Part shown: positions 11,746-26,363 of the stretch, in pieces
How positions within the stretch are numbered: the stretch's first letter is position 1
How the letters are laid out: each line of letters starts with the position of its first letter
Source: Eledone cirrhosa
Lineage: Eukaryota
DNA length: 64,000 nt
Reading direction: 5' to 3'
NCBI GenBank assembly: GCA_964016885.1
Contig: OZ024741.1
Location: 259,656,001 to 259,720,000 of the forward strand
Made by a program: the position numbers and the translations under genes
Notes under the pieces: model-generated
The model's database searches: none
What the model saw: only the letters and a program-made list of their open reading frames with translations
Told to the model about the DNA's origin: nothing

Positions 11746-13934
11746 CGTAAGTCGAAACACTCGTAAGCCGAAACACTCGTGAGCCGAAACACTCGTAAGT
11801 CGGAACACTCGTAAGTCAGAACACTCGTAAGTCAGAACACTCGTAAGTTAGAACACTCGTAAGTCAGAACACTCGTAAGTCAGAACACTCGTAAGTCGAA
11901 ACACTCGTATCGAAACACTCGTATGTCAAAACACCCGTAAGTCAAAACACTCGTAAGTCGAAACACTCGTAAGTCGAAACACTCGTAAGCCGAAACACTC
12001 GAAAGCCGAAACACTCGTAAGTCGGAACACTCGTAAGTCGGAACACTCGTAAGTCAGAACACTCGTAAGTCAGAACACTCGTAAGTCAGAACACTCGTAA
12101 GTCAGAACACTCGTAAGTCGAAACACTCGTATCGAAACACTCGTATGTCAAAACACCCGTAAGTCAAAACACTCGTAAGTCGAAACACTTGTAAGTCGAA
12201 ACACTCGTATGTCGAAACATCCGTAAATCAGAACACTCGTAAGTCGAAACACTCGTAAGTCGAAACACTCGTAAGCCGAAACACTCGTAAGTCGAAGCAC
12301 TCGTATCGAAACACTCGTAAGTCGAAACACCCTTAAGTCAAAACACTCGTAAGCCAAAACACTCGTAAGTCGAAACACTCGTAAGTCGGAACACTCGTAA
12401 GCCGAAACACTCGTAAGTCGGAACACTCGTAAGTCGGAACACTCGTAAGTCAGAACACTCGTAAGTCAGAACACTCGTAAGTCAGAACACTCGTAAGTCA
12501 GAACACTCGTAAGTCGAAACACTCGTATCGAAACACTCGTATGTCAAAACACCCGTAAGTCAAAACACTCGTAAGTCGAAACACTCGTAAGTCGAAACAT
12601 TCGTATGTCGAAACATCCGTAAATCAGAACACTCGTAAGTCGAAACACTCGTAAGTCGAAACACTCGTAAGCCGAAACACTCGTAAGTCGAAGCACTCGT
12701 ATCGAAACACTCGTAAGTCGAAACACCCTTAAGTCAAAACACTCGTAAGCCAAAACACTCGTAAGTCGAAACACTCGTAAGTCGGAACACTCGTAAGTCA
12801 GAACACTCGTAAGTCAGAACACTCGTAAGTGGAAACACGCGTAAGTCGAAACACTCATAAGTCGAAACACTCGTAAGTCGAAACACCCGTAAGTCGAAAC
12901 ACCCGTAAGTCGAAACACTCGTATGTCGAATAACTCGTAAGCCGAAACACCGTAAGTCAAAACACTCGTAAGTCGAAACACTCGTAAGTCGAAACACCCA
13001 TAAGCCGAAACACTCGTAAGCCAAAACATTCGTAAGTCGAAACACTCGTAAACCGAAACACTCGTAAGCCAAAACATTCGTAAGTCGAAACACTCGTAAG
13101 TCGAAACACCCATAGCCGAAACACTCGTAAGTCTGAACACACGTAAGTCAGAACAGCCGTAAGTCAGAACACTCGTAAGTCAGAACACTCGTAAGTCAGA
13201 ACACTCGTAAGTCAGAGCACTCGTATCGAAACACTCGTATGTCAAAACACCCGTAAGTCAAAACACTCGTAAGTCGAAACACTCGTAAGCCGAAACACCG
13301 TAAGCCAAAACACTCGTAAGTCGAAACACCCGTAAGTCGGAACACTCGTAAGTCGAAACACTCGTAAGTCGAAACACTCGTAAGCCGAAACACTCGTAAG
13401 CCGAAACACTCGTAAGTCGGAACACTCGTAAGTCGGAACACTCGTAAGTCAGAACACTCGTAAGTCAGAACACTCGTAAGTCAGAACACTCGTAAGTCAG
13501 AACACTCGTAAGTCGAAACACTCGTATCGAAACACTCGTATGTCAAAACACCCGTAAGTCAAAACACTCGTAAGTCGAAACACTCGTAAGTCGAAACACT
13601 CGTATGTCGAAACATCCGTAAATCAGAACACTCGTAAGTCGAAACACTCGTAAGTTGAAACACTCGTAAGCCGAAACACTCGTAAGTCGAAGCACTCGTA
13701 TCGAAACACTCGTAAGTCGAAACACCCTTAAGTCAAAACACTCGTAAGCCAAAACACTCGTAAGTCGAAACACTCGTAAGTCGGAACACTCGTAAGTCAG
13801 AACACTCGTAAGTCAGAACACTCGTAAGTGGAAACACGCGTAAGTCGAAAGACCCGTAAGTCAAAAATCTCGTAAGTCAAAACACTCGTAAGCCGAAACA
13901 CTCGTAAGTCGAAACACTCGTAAGTCGAAACATT

Positions 13935-14017
13935 CGTAAAGCGAAACGTATAAATAAAGATTAATGTAATGAACTTGAAAAGCATAGATATTTGAAACCG
14001 CGTCTATTTGTTATTTT
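13935..14017. repeat. 83-bp cassette, type A
   Basis: Same sequence as 6055-6137. Confidence 0.95.
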
Positions 14018-15131
14018 CGTAAGTCGAAACACTCGTAAGTCAGAACACTCGTAAGTCAGAACACTCTTAAGTCAGAACACTCGTATCGAAACACGTATGT
14101 CAAAACACCCGTAAGTCAAAACACTCGTAAGTCGAAACACTCGTAAGTCGAAACACTCGTAAGCCGAAACAATCGTAAGTCAAAACACTCGTAAGTCGAA
14201 ACACTCGTAAGCCGAAAATACTCGTAAGTCGGAACACCCGTAAGCCGAAACCCTCGTAGGTCGGAACACTCGTAAGTCGAAAAACTCGTAAGTCGAAACA
14301 CCCGTAAGTCGAAACACTCGTAAGTCGAAACACCCGTAAGTCGAAACATCCGTAAGTCAAAACACTCGTATGTCGAAACACTCGTAAGCCGAAACACTCG
14401 TAAGTCGGAACACTCGCAAGTCAGAACACTCGTAAGTCAGAACACTCGTAAGTCGAAACACTCGTAAGTCGAAACACCCGTAAGTCGAAACGCCCGTAAG
14501 TCAAAACACTCGTATGTCGAAACACTCGCAAGCCGAAAAACCGTAAGTCAAAACACTCGTAAGTCGAAACACTCGTAAATCGAAACACTCGTAAGCCGAA
14601 ACACTCGTAAGCGAAAACATTCGTTAGTCGAAACACTCGTATCCCGAAACACTCGTAAGTCGAAACACTCGAAAGCCGAAACACTCGTAAGTCGAAACAC
14701 TCATAAGCCGAAACACTCGTAAGTCGGAACACTCGTAAGTCAGAACACCCGTAAATCAGAACACTCGTAGTCAGAACACTCGTAAGTCGAAACACTCGTA
14801 AGCCGAAACACTCGCAAGTCGAAGCACTCGTAATCCGAAACACTCTTAAGTCGAAACACTCGTAAGTCGGAACACTCGTAAGTCAGAACACTCGTAAGTC
14901 AGAACACTCGTACGTCGAAACACTCGTAAGCCGAAACATCCGTAAGTCAAAACATCCGTAAGTCAAAACATTCGTAAGTCGAAACACCCGTAGTCGAAAC
15001 ACTCGCAAGTCGAAACACTCGTAAGTCGAAACACGCGTAAGTCGAAACACATGTAAGTCAAAACACTCGTAAGTCAAAACACTCGTAAGCCGAAACACTC
15101 GTAAGTCGAAACACTCGTAAGTCGAAACACT

Positions 15132-15214
15132 CGTAAAGCGAAACGTATAAATAAATATTAATGTAATGAATTTGAAAAGCATAGAGATTTGAAACCGCGT
15201 CTATTTGTTATTTT
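15132..15214. repeat. 83-bp cassette, type B2
   Basis: Diagnostic bases TATAAATAAATATT, GAATTTG, AGAGATTT. Confidence 0.95.
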
Positions 15215-16008
15215 CGTAAGTCGAAACACTCGTAAGCCGAAACACTCGTGAGCCGAAACACTCGTAAGTCGGAACACTCGTAAGTCAGAACACTCGTAAG
15301 TCAGAACACTCGTAAGTTAGAACACTCGTAAGTCAGAACACTCGTAAGTCAGAACACTCGTAAGTCGAAACACTCGTATCGAAACACTCGTATGTCAAAA
15401 CACCCGTAAGTCAAAACACTCGTAAGTCGAAACACTCGTAAGTCGAAACACTCGTAAGCCGAAACACTCGTAAGCCGAAACACTCGTAAGTCGGAACACT
15501 CGTAAGTCGGAACACTCGTAAGTCAGAACACTCGTAAGTCAGAACACTCGTAAGTCAGAACACTCGTAAGTCAGAACACTCGTAAGTCGAAACACTCGTA
15601 TCGAAGCACTCGTATGTCAAAACACCCGTAAGTCAAAACACTCGTAAGTCGAAACACTCGTAAGTCGAAACACTCGTATGTCGAAACATCCGTAAATCAG
15701 AACACTCGTAAGTCGAAACACTCGTAAGTCGAAACACTCGTAAGCCGAAACACTCGTAAGTCGAAGCACTCGTATCGAAACACTCGTAAGTCGAAACACC
15801 CTAAAGTCAAAACACTCGTAAGCCAAAACACTCGTAAGTCGAAACACTCGTAAGTCGGAACACTCGTAAGTCAGAACACTCGTAAGTCAGAACACTCGTA
15901 AGTGGAAACACGCGTAAGTCGAAAGACCCGTAAGTCAAAAATCTCGTAAGTCAAAACACTCGTAAGCCGAAACACTCGTAAGTCGAAACACTCGTAAGTC
16001 GAAACATT

Positions 16009-16091
16009 CGTAAAGCGAAACGTATAAATAAAGATTAATGTAATGAACTTGAAAAGCATAGATATTTGAAACCGCGTCTATTTGTTATTTT
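16009..16091. repeat. 83-bp cassette, type A
   Basis: Same sequence as 6055-6137. Confidence 0.95.
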
Positions 16092-17189
16092 CGTAAGTCG
16101 AAACACTCGTAAGTCAGAACACTCGTAAGTCAGAACACTCGTATCGAAACACGTATGTCAAAACACCCGTAAGTCAAAACACTCGTAAGTCGAAACACTC
16201 GTAAGTCGAAACACTCGTAAGCCGAAACAATCGTAAGTCAAAACACTCGTAAGTCGAAACACTCGTAAGCCGAAAATACTCGTAAGTCGGAACACCCGTA
16301 AGCCGAAACCCTCGTAGGTCGGAACACTCGTAAGTCGAAACACTCTTAAGTCGAAACACCCGTAAGTCGAAACACTCGTAAGTCGAAACACCCGTAAGTC
16401 GAAACATCCGTAAGTCAAAACACTCGTATGTCGAAACACTCGTAAGCCGAAACACTCGTAAGTCGGAACACTCGCAAGTCAGAACACTCGTAAGTCAGAA
16501 CACTCGTAAGTCGAAACACTCGTAAGTCGAAACACCCGTAAGTCGAAACGCCCGTAAGTCAAAACACTCGTATGTCGAAACACTCGCAAGCCGAAAAACC
16601 GTAAGTCAAAACACTCGTAAGTCGAAACACTCGTAAATCGAAACACTCGTAAGCCGAAACACTCGTAAGCGAAAACATTCGTTAGTCGAAACACTCGTAA
16701 CCCGAAACACTCGTAAGTCGAAACACTCGAAAGCCGAAACACTCGTAAGTCGAAACACTCATAAGCCGAAACACTCGTAAGTCGGAACACTCGTAAGTCA
16801 GAACACCCGTAAATCAGAACACTCGTAGTCAGAACACTCGTAAGTCGAAACACTCGTAAGCCGAAACACTCGCAAGTCGAAGCACTCGTAATCCGAAACA
16901 CTCTTAAGTCGAAACACTCGTAAGTCGGAACACTCGTAAGTCAGAACACTCGTAAGTCAGAACACTCGTAAGTCGAAACACTCGTAAGCCGAAACATCCG
17001 TAAGTCAAAACATCCGTAAGTCAAAACATTCGTAAGTCGAAACACCCGTAGTCGAAACACTCGCAAGTCGAAACACTCGTAAGTCGAAACACGCGTAAGT
17101 CGAAACACATGTAAGTCAAAACACTCGTAAGTCAAAACACTCGTAAGCCGAAACACTCGTAAGTCGAAACACTCGTAAGTCGAAACACT

Positions 17190-17272
17190 CGTAAAGCGAA
17201 ACGTATCAATAAAGATTAATGTAATGAATTTGAAAAGCATAGAGATTTGAAACCGCGTCTATTTGTTATTTT
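17190..17272. repeat. 83-bp cassette, type B
   Basis: Same sequence as 7236-7318. Confidence 0.95.
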
Positions 17273-18066
17273 CGTAAGTCGAAACACTCGTAAGCCGAAA
17301 CACTCGTGAGCCGAAACACTCGTAAGTCGGAACACTCGTAAGTCAGAACACTCGTAAGTCAGAACACTCGTAAGTTAGAACACTCGTAAGTCAGAACACT
17401 CGTAAGTCAGAACACTCGTAAGTCAAAACACTCGTATCGAAACACTCGTATGTCAAAACACCCGTAAGTCAAAACACTCGTAAGTCGAAACACTCGTAAG
17501 TCGAAACACTCGTAAGCCGAAACACTCGAAAGCCGAAACACTCGTAAGTCGGAACACTCGTAAGTCGGAACACTCGTAAGTCAGAACACTCGTAAGTCAG
17601 AACACTCGTAAGTCAGAACACTCGTAAGTCGAAACACTCGTATCGAAACACTCGTATGTCAAAACACCCGTAAGTCAAAACACTCGTAAGTCGAAACACT
17701 TGTAAGTCGAAACACTCGTATGTCGAAACATCCGTAAATCAGAACACTCGTAAGTCGAAACACTCGTAAGTCGAAACACTCGTAAGCCGAAACACTCGTA
17801 AGTCGAAGCACTCGTATCGAAACACTCGTAAGTCGAAACACCCTTAAGTCAAAACACTCGTAAGCCAAAACACTCGTAAGTCGAAACACTCGTAAGTCGG
17901 AACACTCGTAAGTCAGAACACTCGTAAGTCAGAACACTCGTAAGTGGAAACACGCGTAAGTCGAAAGACCCGTAAGTCAAAAATCTCGTAAGTCAAAACA
18001 CTCGTAAGCCGAAACACTCGTAAGTCGAAACACTCGTAAGTCGAAACACTCGTAAGTCGAAACATT

Positions 18067-18149
18067 CGTAAAGCGAAACGTATAAATAAAGATTAATGTA
18101 ATGAACTTGAAAAGCATAGATATTTGAAACCGCGTCTATTTGTTATTTT
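18067..18149. repeat. 83-bp cassette, type A
   Basis: Same sequence as 6055-6137. Confidence 0.95.
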
Positions 18150-20498
18150 CGTAAGTCGAAACACTCGTAAGTCAGAACACTCGTAAGTCAGAACACTCTT
18201 AAGTCAGAACACTCGTATCGAAACACGTATGTCAAAACACCCGTAAGTCAAAACACTCGTAAGTCGAAACACTCGTAAGTCGAAACACTCGTAAGCCGAA
18301 ACAATCGTAAGTCAAAACACTCGTAAGTCGAAACACTCGTAAGCCGAAAATACTCGTAAGTCGGAACACCCGTAAGCCGAAACCCTCGTAGGTCGGAACA
18401 CTCGTAAGTCAAAACACTCGTAAGTCGAAACACCCGTAAGTCGAAACACTCGTAAGTCGAAACACCCGTAAGTCGAAACATCCGTAAGTCAAAACACTCG
18501 TATGTCGAAACACTCGTAAGCCGAAACACTCGTAAGTCAGAACACTCGTAAGTCAGAACACTCGTAAGTCGAAACACTCATAAGTCGAAACACTCGTAAG
18601 TCGAAACACCCGTAAGTCGAAACACCCGTAAGTCGAAACACTCGTATGTCGAATAACTCGTAAGCCGAAACACCGTAAGTCAAAACACTCGTAAGTCGAA
18701 ACACTCGTAAGTCGAAACACCCATAAGCCGAAACATTCGTAAGCCAAAACATTCGTAAGTCGAAACACTCGTAAACCGAAACACTCGTAAGCCAAAACAT
18801 TCGTAAGTCGAAACACTCGTAAGTCGAAACACCCATAGCCGAAACACTTGTAAGTCTGAACACACGTAAGTCAGAACACCCGTAAGTCAGAACACTCGTA
18901 AGTCAGAACACTCGTAAGTCAGAACACTCGTAAGTCAGAGCACTCGTATCGAAACACTCGTATGTCAAAACACCCGTAAGTCAAAACACTCGTAAGTCGA
19001 AACACTCGTAAGCCGAAACACCGTAAGCCAAAACACTCGTAAGTCGAAACACCCGTAAGTCGGAACACTCGTAAGTCGAAACACTCGTAAGTCGAAACAC
19101 TCGTAAGCCGAAACACTCGTAAGCCGAAACACTCGTAAGTCGGAACACTCGTAAGTCGGAACACTCGTAAGTCAGAACACTCGTAAGTCAGAACACTCGT
19201 AAGTCAGAACACTCGTAAGTCAGAACACTCGTAAGTCGAAACACTCGTATCGAAACACTCGTATGTCAAAACACCCGTAAGTCAAAACACTCGTAAGTCG
19301 AAACACTCGTAAGTCGAAACATTCGTATGTCGAAACATCCGTAAATCAGAACACTCGTAAGTCGAAACACTCGTAAGTCGAAACACTCGTAAGCCGAAAC
19401 ACTCGTAAGTCGAAGCACTCGTATCGAAACACTCGTAAGTCGAAACACCCTTAAGTCAAAACACTCGTAAGCCAAAACACTCGTAAGTCGAAACACTCGT
19501 AAGTCGGAACACTCGTAAGTCAGAACACTCGTAAGTGGAAACACGCGTAAGTCGAAACACTCATAAGTCGAAACACTCGTAAGTCGAAACACCCGTAAGT
19601 CGAAACACCCGTAAGTCGAAACACTCGTATGTCGAATAACTCGTAAGCCGAAACACCGTAAGTCAAAACACTCGTAAGTCGAAACACTCGTAAGTCGAAA
19701 CACCCATAAGCCGAAACACTCGTAAGCCAAAACATTCGTAAGTCGAAACACTCGTAAACCGAAACACTCGTAAGCCAAAACATTCGTAAGTCGAAACACT
19801 CGTAAGTCGAAACACCCATAGCCGAAACACTCGTAAGTCTGAACACACGTAAGTCAGAACAGCCGTAAGTCAGAACACTCGTAAGTCAGAACACTCGTAA
19901 GTCAGAACACTCGTAAGTCAGAGCACTCGTATCGAAACACTCGTATGTCAAAACACCCGTAAGTCAAAACACTCGTAAGTCGAAACACTCGTAAGCCGAA
20001 ACACCGTAAGCCAAAACACTCGTAAGTCGAAACACCCGTAAGTCGGAACACTCGTAAGTCGAAACACTCGTAAGTCGAAACACTCGTAAGCCGAAACACT
20101 CGTAAGCCGAAACACTCGTAAGTCGGAACACTCGTAAGTCGGAACACTCGTAAGTCAGAACACTCGTAAGTCAGAACACTCGTAAGTCAGAACACTCGTA
20201 AGTCGAAACACTCGTAAGTCGAAACACTCGTAAGCCGAAACACTCGTAAGTCGAAGCACTCGTATCGAAACACTCGTAAGTCGAAACACCCTTAAGTCAA
20301 AACACTCGTAAGCCAAAACACTCGTAAGTCGAAACACTCGTAAGTCGGAACACTCGTAAGTCAGAACACTCGTAAGTCAGAACACTCGTAAGTGGAAACA
20401 CGCGTAAGTCGAAAGACCCGTAAGTCAAAAATCTCGTAAGTCAAAACACTCGTAAGCCGAAACACTCGTAAGTCGAAACACTCGTAAGTCGAAACATT

Positions 20499-20581
20499 CG
20501 TAAAGCGAAACGTATAAATAAAGATTAATGTAATGAACTTGAAAAGCATAGATATTTGAAACCGCGTCTATTTGTTATTTT
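20499..20581. repeat. 83-bp cassette, type A
   Basis: Same sequence as 6055-6137. Confidence 0.95.
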
Positions 20582-21679
20582 CGTAAGTCGAAACACTCGT
20601 AAGTCAGAACACTCGTAAGTCAGAACACTCGTATCGAAACACGTATGTCAAAACACCCGTAAGTCAAAACACTCGTAAGTCGAAACACTCGTAAGTCGAA
20701 ACACTCGTAAGCCGAAACAATCGTAAGTCAAAACACTCGTAAGTCGAAACACTCGTAAGCCGAAAATACTCGTAAGTTGGAACACCCGTAAGCCGAAACC
20801 CTCGTAGGTCGGAACACTCGTAAGTCGAAACACTCTTAAGTCGAAACACCCGTAAGTCGAAACACTCGTAAGTCGAAACACCCGTAAGTCGAAACATCCG
20901 TAAGTCAAAACACTCGTATGTCGAAACACTCGTAAGCCGAAACACTCGTAAGTCGGAACACTCGCAAGTCAGAACACTCGTAAGTCAGAACACTCGTAAG
21001 TCGAAACACTCGTAAGTCGAAACACCCGTAAGTCGAAACGCCCGTAAGTCAAAACACTCGTATGTCGAAACACTCGCAAGCCGAAAAACCGTAAGTCAAA
21101 ACACTCGTAAGTCGAAACACTCGTAAATCGAAACACTCGTAAGCCGAAACACTCGTAAGCGAAAACATTCGTTAGTCGAAACACTCGTAACCCGAAACAC
21201 TCGTAAGTCGAAACACTCGAAAGCCGAAACACTCGTAAGTCGAAACACTCATAAGCCGAAACACTCGTAAGTCGGAACACTCGTAAGTCAGAACACCCGT
21301 AAATCAGAACACTCGTAGTCAGAACACTCGTAAGTCGAAACACTCGTAAGCCGAAACACTCGCAAGTCGAAGCACTCGTAATCCGAAACACTCTTAAGTC
21401 GAAACACTCGTAAGTCGGAACACTCGTAAGTCAGAACACTCGTAAGTCAGAACACTCGTAAGTCGAAACACTCGTAAGCCGAAACATCCGTAAGTCAAAA
21501 CATCCGTAAGTCAAAACATTCGTAAGTCGAAACACCCGTAGTCGAAACACTCGCAAGTCGAAACACTCGTAAGTCGAAACACGCGTAAGTCGAAACACAT
21601 GTAAGTCAAAACACTCGTAAGTCAAAACACTCGTAAGCCGAAACACTCGTAAGTCGAAACACTCGTAAGTCGAAACACT

Positions 21680-21762
21680 CGTAAAGCGAAACGTATCAAT
21701 AAAGATTAATGTAATGAATTTGAAAAGCATAGAGATTTGAAACCGCGTCTATTTGTTATTTT
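21680..21762. repeat. 83-bp cassette, type B
   Basis: Same sequence as 7236-7318. Confidence 0.95.
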
Positions 21763-22572
21763 CGTAAGTCGAAACACTCGTAAGCCGAAACACTCGTGAG
21801 CCGAAACACTCGTAAGTCGGAACACTCGTAAGTCAGAACACTCGTAAGTCAGAACACTCGTAAGTTAGAACACTCGTAAGTCAGAACACTCGTAAGTCAG
21901 AACACTCGTAAGTCGAAACACTCGTATCGAAACACTCGTATGTCAAAACACCCGTAAGTCAAAACACTCGTAAGTCGAAACACTCGTAAGTCGAAACACT
22001 CGTAAGCCGAAACACTCGAAAGCCGAAACACTCGTAAGTCGGAACACTCGTAAGTCGGAACACTCGTAAGTCAGAACACTCGTAAGTCAGAACACTCGTA
22101 AGTCAGAACACTCGTAAGTCAGAACACTCGTAAGTCGAAACACTCGTATCGAAACACTCGTATGTCAAAACACCCGTAAGTCAAAACACTCGTAAGTCGA
22201 AACACTTGTAAGTCGAAACACTCGTATGTCGAAACATCCGTAAATCAGAACACTCGTAAGTCGAAACACTCGTAAGTCGAAACACTCGTAAGCCGAAACA
22301 CTCGTAAGTCGAAGCACTCGTATCGAAACACTCGTAAGTCGAAACACCCTTAAGTCAAAACACTCGTAAGCCAAAACACTCGTAAGTCGAAACACTCGTA
22401 AGTCGGAACACTCGTAAGTCAGAACACTCGTAAGTCAGAACACTCGTAAGTGGAAACACGCGTAAGTCGAAAGACCCGTAAGTCAAAAATCTCGTAAGTC
22501 AAAACACTCGTAAGCCGAAACACTCGTAAGTCGAAACACTCGTAAGTCGAAACACTCGTAAGTCGAAACATT

Positions 22573-22655
22573 CGTAAAGCGAAACGTATAAATAAAGATT
22601 AATGTAATGAACTTGAAAAGCATAGATATTTGAAACCGCGTCTATTTGTTATTTT
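22573..22655. repeat. 83-bp cassette, type A
   Basis: Same sequence as 6055-6137. Confidence 0.95.
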
Positions 22656-25162
22656 CGTAAGTCGAAACACTCGTAAGTCAGAACACTCGTAAGTCAGAAC
22701 ACTCTTAAGTCAGAACACTCGTATCGAAACACGTATGTCAAAACACCCGTAAGTCAAAACACTCGTAAGTCGAAACACTCGTAAGTCGAAACACTCGTAA
22801 GCCGAAACAATCGTAAGTCAAAACACTCGTAAGTCGAAACACTCGTAAGCCGAAAATACTCGTAAGTCGGAACACCCGTAAGCCGAAACCCTCGTAGGTC
22901 GGAACACTCGTAAGTCAAAACACTCGTAAGTCGAAACACCCGTAAGTCGAAACACTCGTAAGTCGAAACACCCGTAAGTCGAAACATCCGTAAGTCAAAA
23001 CACTCGTATGTCGAAACACTCGTAAGCCGAAACACTCGTAAGTCAGAACACTCGTAAGTCAGAACACTCGTAAGTCGAAACACTCATAAGTCGAAACACT
23101 CGTAAGTCGAAACACCCGTAAGTCGAAACACCCGTAAGTCGAAACACTCGTATGTCGAATAACTCGTAAGCCGAAACACCGTAAGTCAAAACACTCGTAA
23201 GTCGAAACACTCGTAAGTCGAAACACCCATAAGCCGAAACATTCGTAAGCCAAAACATTCGTAAGTCGAAACACTCGTAAACCGAAACACTCGTAAGCCA
23301 AAACATTCGTAAGTCGAAACACTCGTAAGTCGAAACACCCATAGCCGAAACACTTGTAAGTCTGAACACACGTAAGTCAGAACACCCGTAAGTCAGAACA
23401 CTCGTAAGTCAGAACACTCGTAAGTCAGAACACTCGTAAGTCAGAGCACTCGTATCGAAACACTCGTATGTCAAAACACCCGTAAGTCAAAACACTCGTA
23501 AGTCGAAATACTCGTAAGCCGAAACACCGTAAGCCAAAACACTCGTAAGTCGAAACACCCGTAAGTCGGAACACTCGTAAGTCGAAACACTCGTAAGTGG
23601 AAACACTCGTAAGCCGAAACACTCGTAAGCCGAAACACTCGTAAGTCGGAACACTCGTAAGTCGGAACACTCGTAAGTCAGAACACTCGTAAGTCAGAAC
23701 ACTCGTAAGTCAGAACACTCGTAAGTCAGAACACTCGTAAGTCGAAACACTCGTATCGAAACACTCGTATGTCAAAACACCCGTAAGTCAAAACACTCGT
23801 AAGTCGAAACACTCGTAAGTCGAAACATTCGTATGTCGAAACATCCGTAAATCAGAACACTCGTAAGTCGAAACACTCGTAAGTCGAAACACTCGTAAGC
23901 CGAAACACTCGTAAGTCGAAGCACTCGTATCGAAACACTCGTAAGTCGAAACACCCTTAAGTCAAAACACTCGTAAGCCAAAACACTCGTAAGTCGAAAC
24001 ACTCGTAAGTCGGAACACTCGTAAGTCAGAACACTCGTAAGTCAGAACACTCGTAAGTGGAAACACGCGTAAGTCGAAACACTCATAAGTCGAAACACTC
24101 GTAAGTCGAAACACCCGTAAGTCGAAACACCCGTAAGTCGAAACACTCGTATGTCGAATAACTCGTAAGCCGAAACACCGTAAGTCAAAACACTCGTAAG
24201 TCGAAACACTCGTAAGTCGAAACACCCATAAGCCGAAACACTCGTAAGCCAAAACATTCGTAAGTCGAAACACTCGTAAACCGAAACACTCGTAAGCCAA
24301 AACATTCGTAAGTCGAAACACTCGTAAGTCGAAACACCCATAGCCGAAACACTCGTAAGTCTGAACACACGTAAGTCAGAACAGCCGTAAGTCAGAACAC
24401 TCGTAAGTCAGAACACTCGTAAGTCAGAACACTCGTAAGTCAGAGCACTCGTATCGAAACACTCGTATGTCAAAACACCCGTAAGTCAAAACACTCGTAA
24501 GTCGAAACACTCGTAAGCCGAAACACCGTAAGCCAAAACACTCGTAAGTCGAAACACCCGTAAGTCGGAACACTCGTAAGTCGAAACACTCGTAAGTCGA
24601 AACACTCGTAAGCCGAAACACTCGTAAGCCGAAACACTCGTAAGTCGGAACACTCGTAAGTCGGAACACTCGTAAGTCAGAACACTCGTAAGTCAGAACA
24701 CTCGTAAGTCAGAACACTCGTAAGTCAGAACACTCGTAAGTCGAAACACTCGTATCGAAACACTCGTATGTCAAAACACCCGTAAGTCAAAACACTCGTA
24801 AGTCGAAACACTCGTAAGTCGAAACACTCGTATGTCGAAACATCCGTAAATCAGAACACTCGTAAGTCGAAACACTCGTAAGTTGAAACACTCGTAAGCC
24901 GAAACACTCGTAAGTCGAAGCACTCGTATCGAAACACTCGTAAGTCGAAACACCCTTAAGTCAAAACACTCGTAAGCCAAAACACTCGTAAGTCGAAACA
25001 CTCGTAAGTCGGAACACTCGTAAGTCAGAACACTCGTAAGTCAGAACACTCGTAAGTGGAAACACGCGTAAGTCGAAAGACCCGTAAGTCAAAAATCTCG
25101 TAAGTCAAAACACTCGTAAGCCGAAACACTCGTAAGTCGAAACACTCGTAAGTCGAAACATT

Positions 25163-25245
25163 CGTAAAGCGAAACGTATAAATAAAGATTAATGTAATGA
25201 ACTTGAAAAGCATAGATATTTGAAACCGCGTCTATTTGTTATTTT
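25163..25245. repeat. 83-bp cassette, type A
   Basis: Same sequence as 6055-6137. Confidence 0.95.
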
Positions 25246-26280
25246 CGTAAGTCGAAACACTCGTAAGTCAGAACACTCGTAAGTCAGAACACTCTTAAGT
25301 CAGAACACTCGTATCGAAACACGTATGTCAAAACACCCGTAAGTCAAAACACTCGTAAGTCGAAACACTCGTAAGTCGAAACACTCGTAAGCCGAAACAA
25401 TCGTAAGTCAAAACACTCGTAAGTCGAAACACTCGTAAGCCGAAAATACTCGTAAGTCGGAACACCCGTAAGCCGAAACCCTCGTAGGTCGGAACACTCG
25501 TAAGTCGAAAAACTCGTAAGTCGAAACACCCGTAAGTCGAAACACTCGTAAGTCGAAACACCCGTAAGTCGAAACATCCGTAAGTCAAAACACTCGTATG
25601 TCGAAACACTCGTAAGCCGAAACACTCGTAAGTCGGAACACTCGCAAGTCAGAACACTCGTAAGTCAGAACACTCGTAAGTCGAAACACTCGTAAGTCGA
25701 AACACCCGTAAGTCGAAACGCCCGTAAGTCAAAACACTCGTATGTCGAAACACTCGCAAGCCGAAAAACCGTAAGTCAAAACACTCGTAAGTCGAAACAC
25801 TCGTAAATCGAAACACTCGTAAGCCGAAACACTCGTAAGCGAAAACATTCGTTAGTCGAAACACTCGTATCCCGAAACACTCGTAAGTCGAAACACTCGA
25901 AAGCCGAAACACTCGTAAGTCGAAACACTCATAAGCCGAAACACTCGTAAGTCGGAACACTCGTAAGTCAGAACACCCGTAAATCAGAACACTCGTAGTC
26001 AGAACACTCGTAAGTCGAAACACTCGTAAGCCGAAACACTCGCAAGTCGAAGCACTCGTAATCCGAAACACTCTTAAGTCGAAACACTCGTAAGTCGGAA
26101 CACTCGTAAGTCAGAACACTCGTAAGTCAGAACACTCGTACGTCGAAACACTCGTAAGTCGAAACACTCGTAAGTCGAAACACGCGTAAGTCGAAACACA
26201 TGTAAGTCAAAACACTCGTAAGTCAAAACACTCGTAAGCCGAAACACTCGTAAGTCGAAACACTCGTAAGTCGAAACACT

Positions 26281-26363
26281 CGTAAAGCGAAACGTATAAA
26301 TAAATATTAATGTAATGAATTTGAAAAGCATAGAGATTTGAAACCGCGTCTATTTGTTATTTT
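26281..26363. repeat. 83-bp cassette, type B2
   Basis: Same sequence as 15132-15214. Confidence 0.95.
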
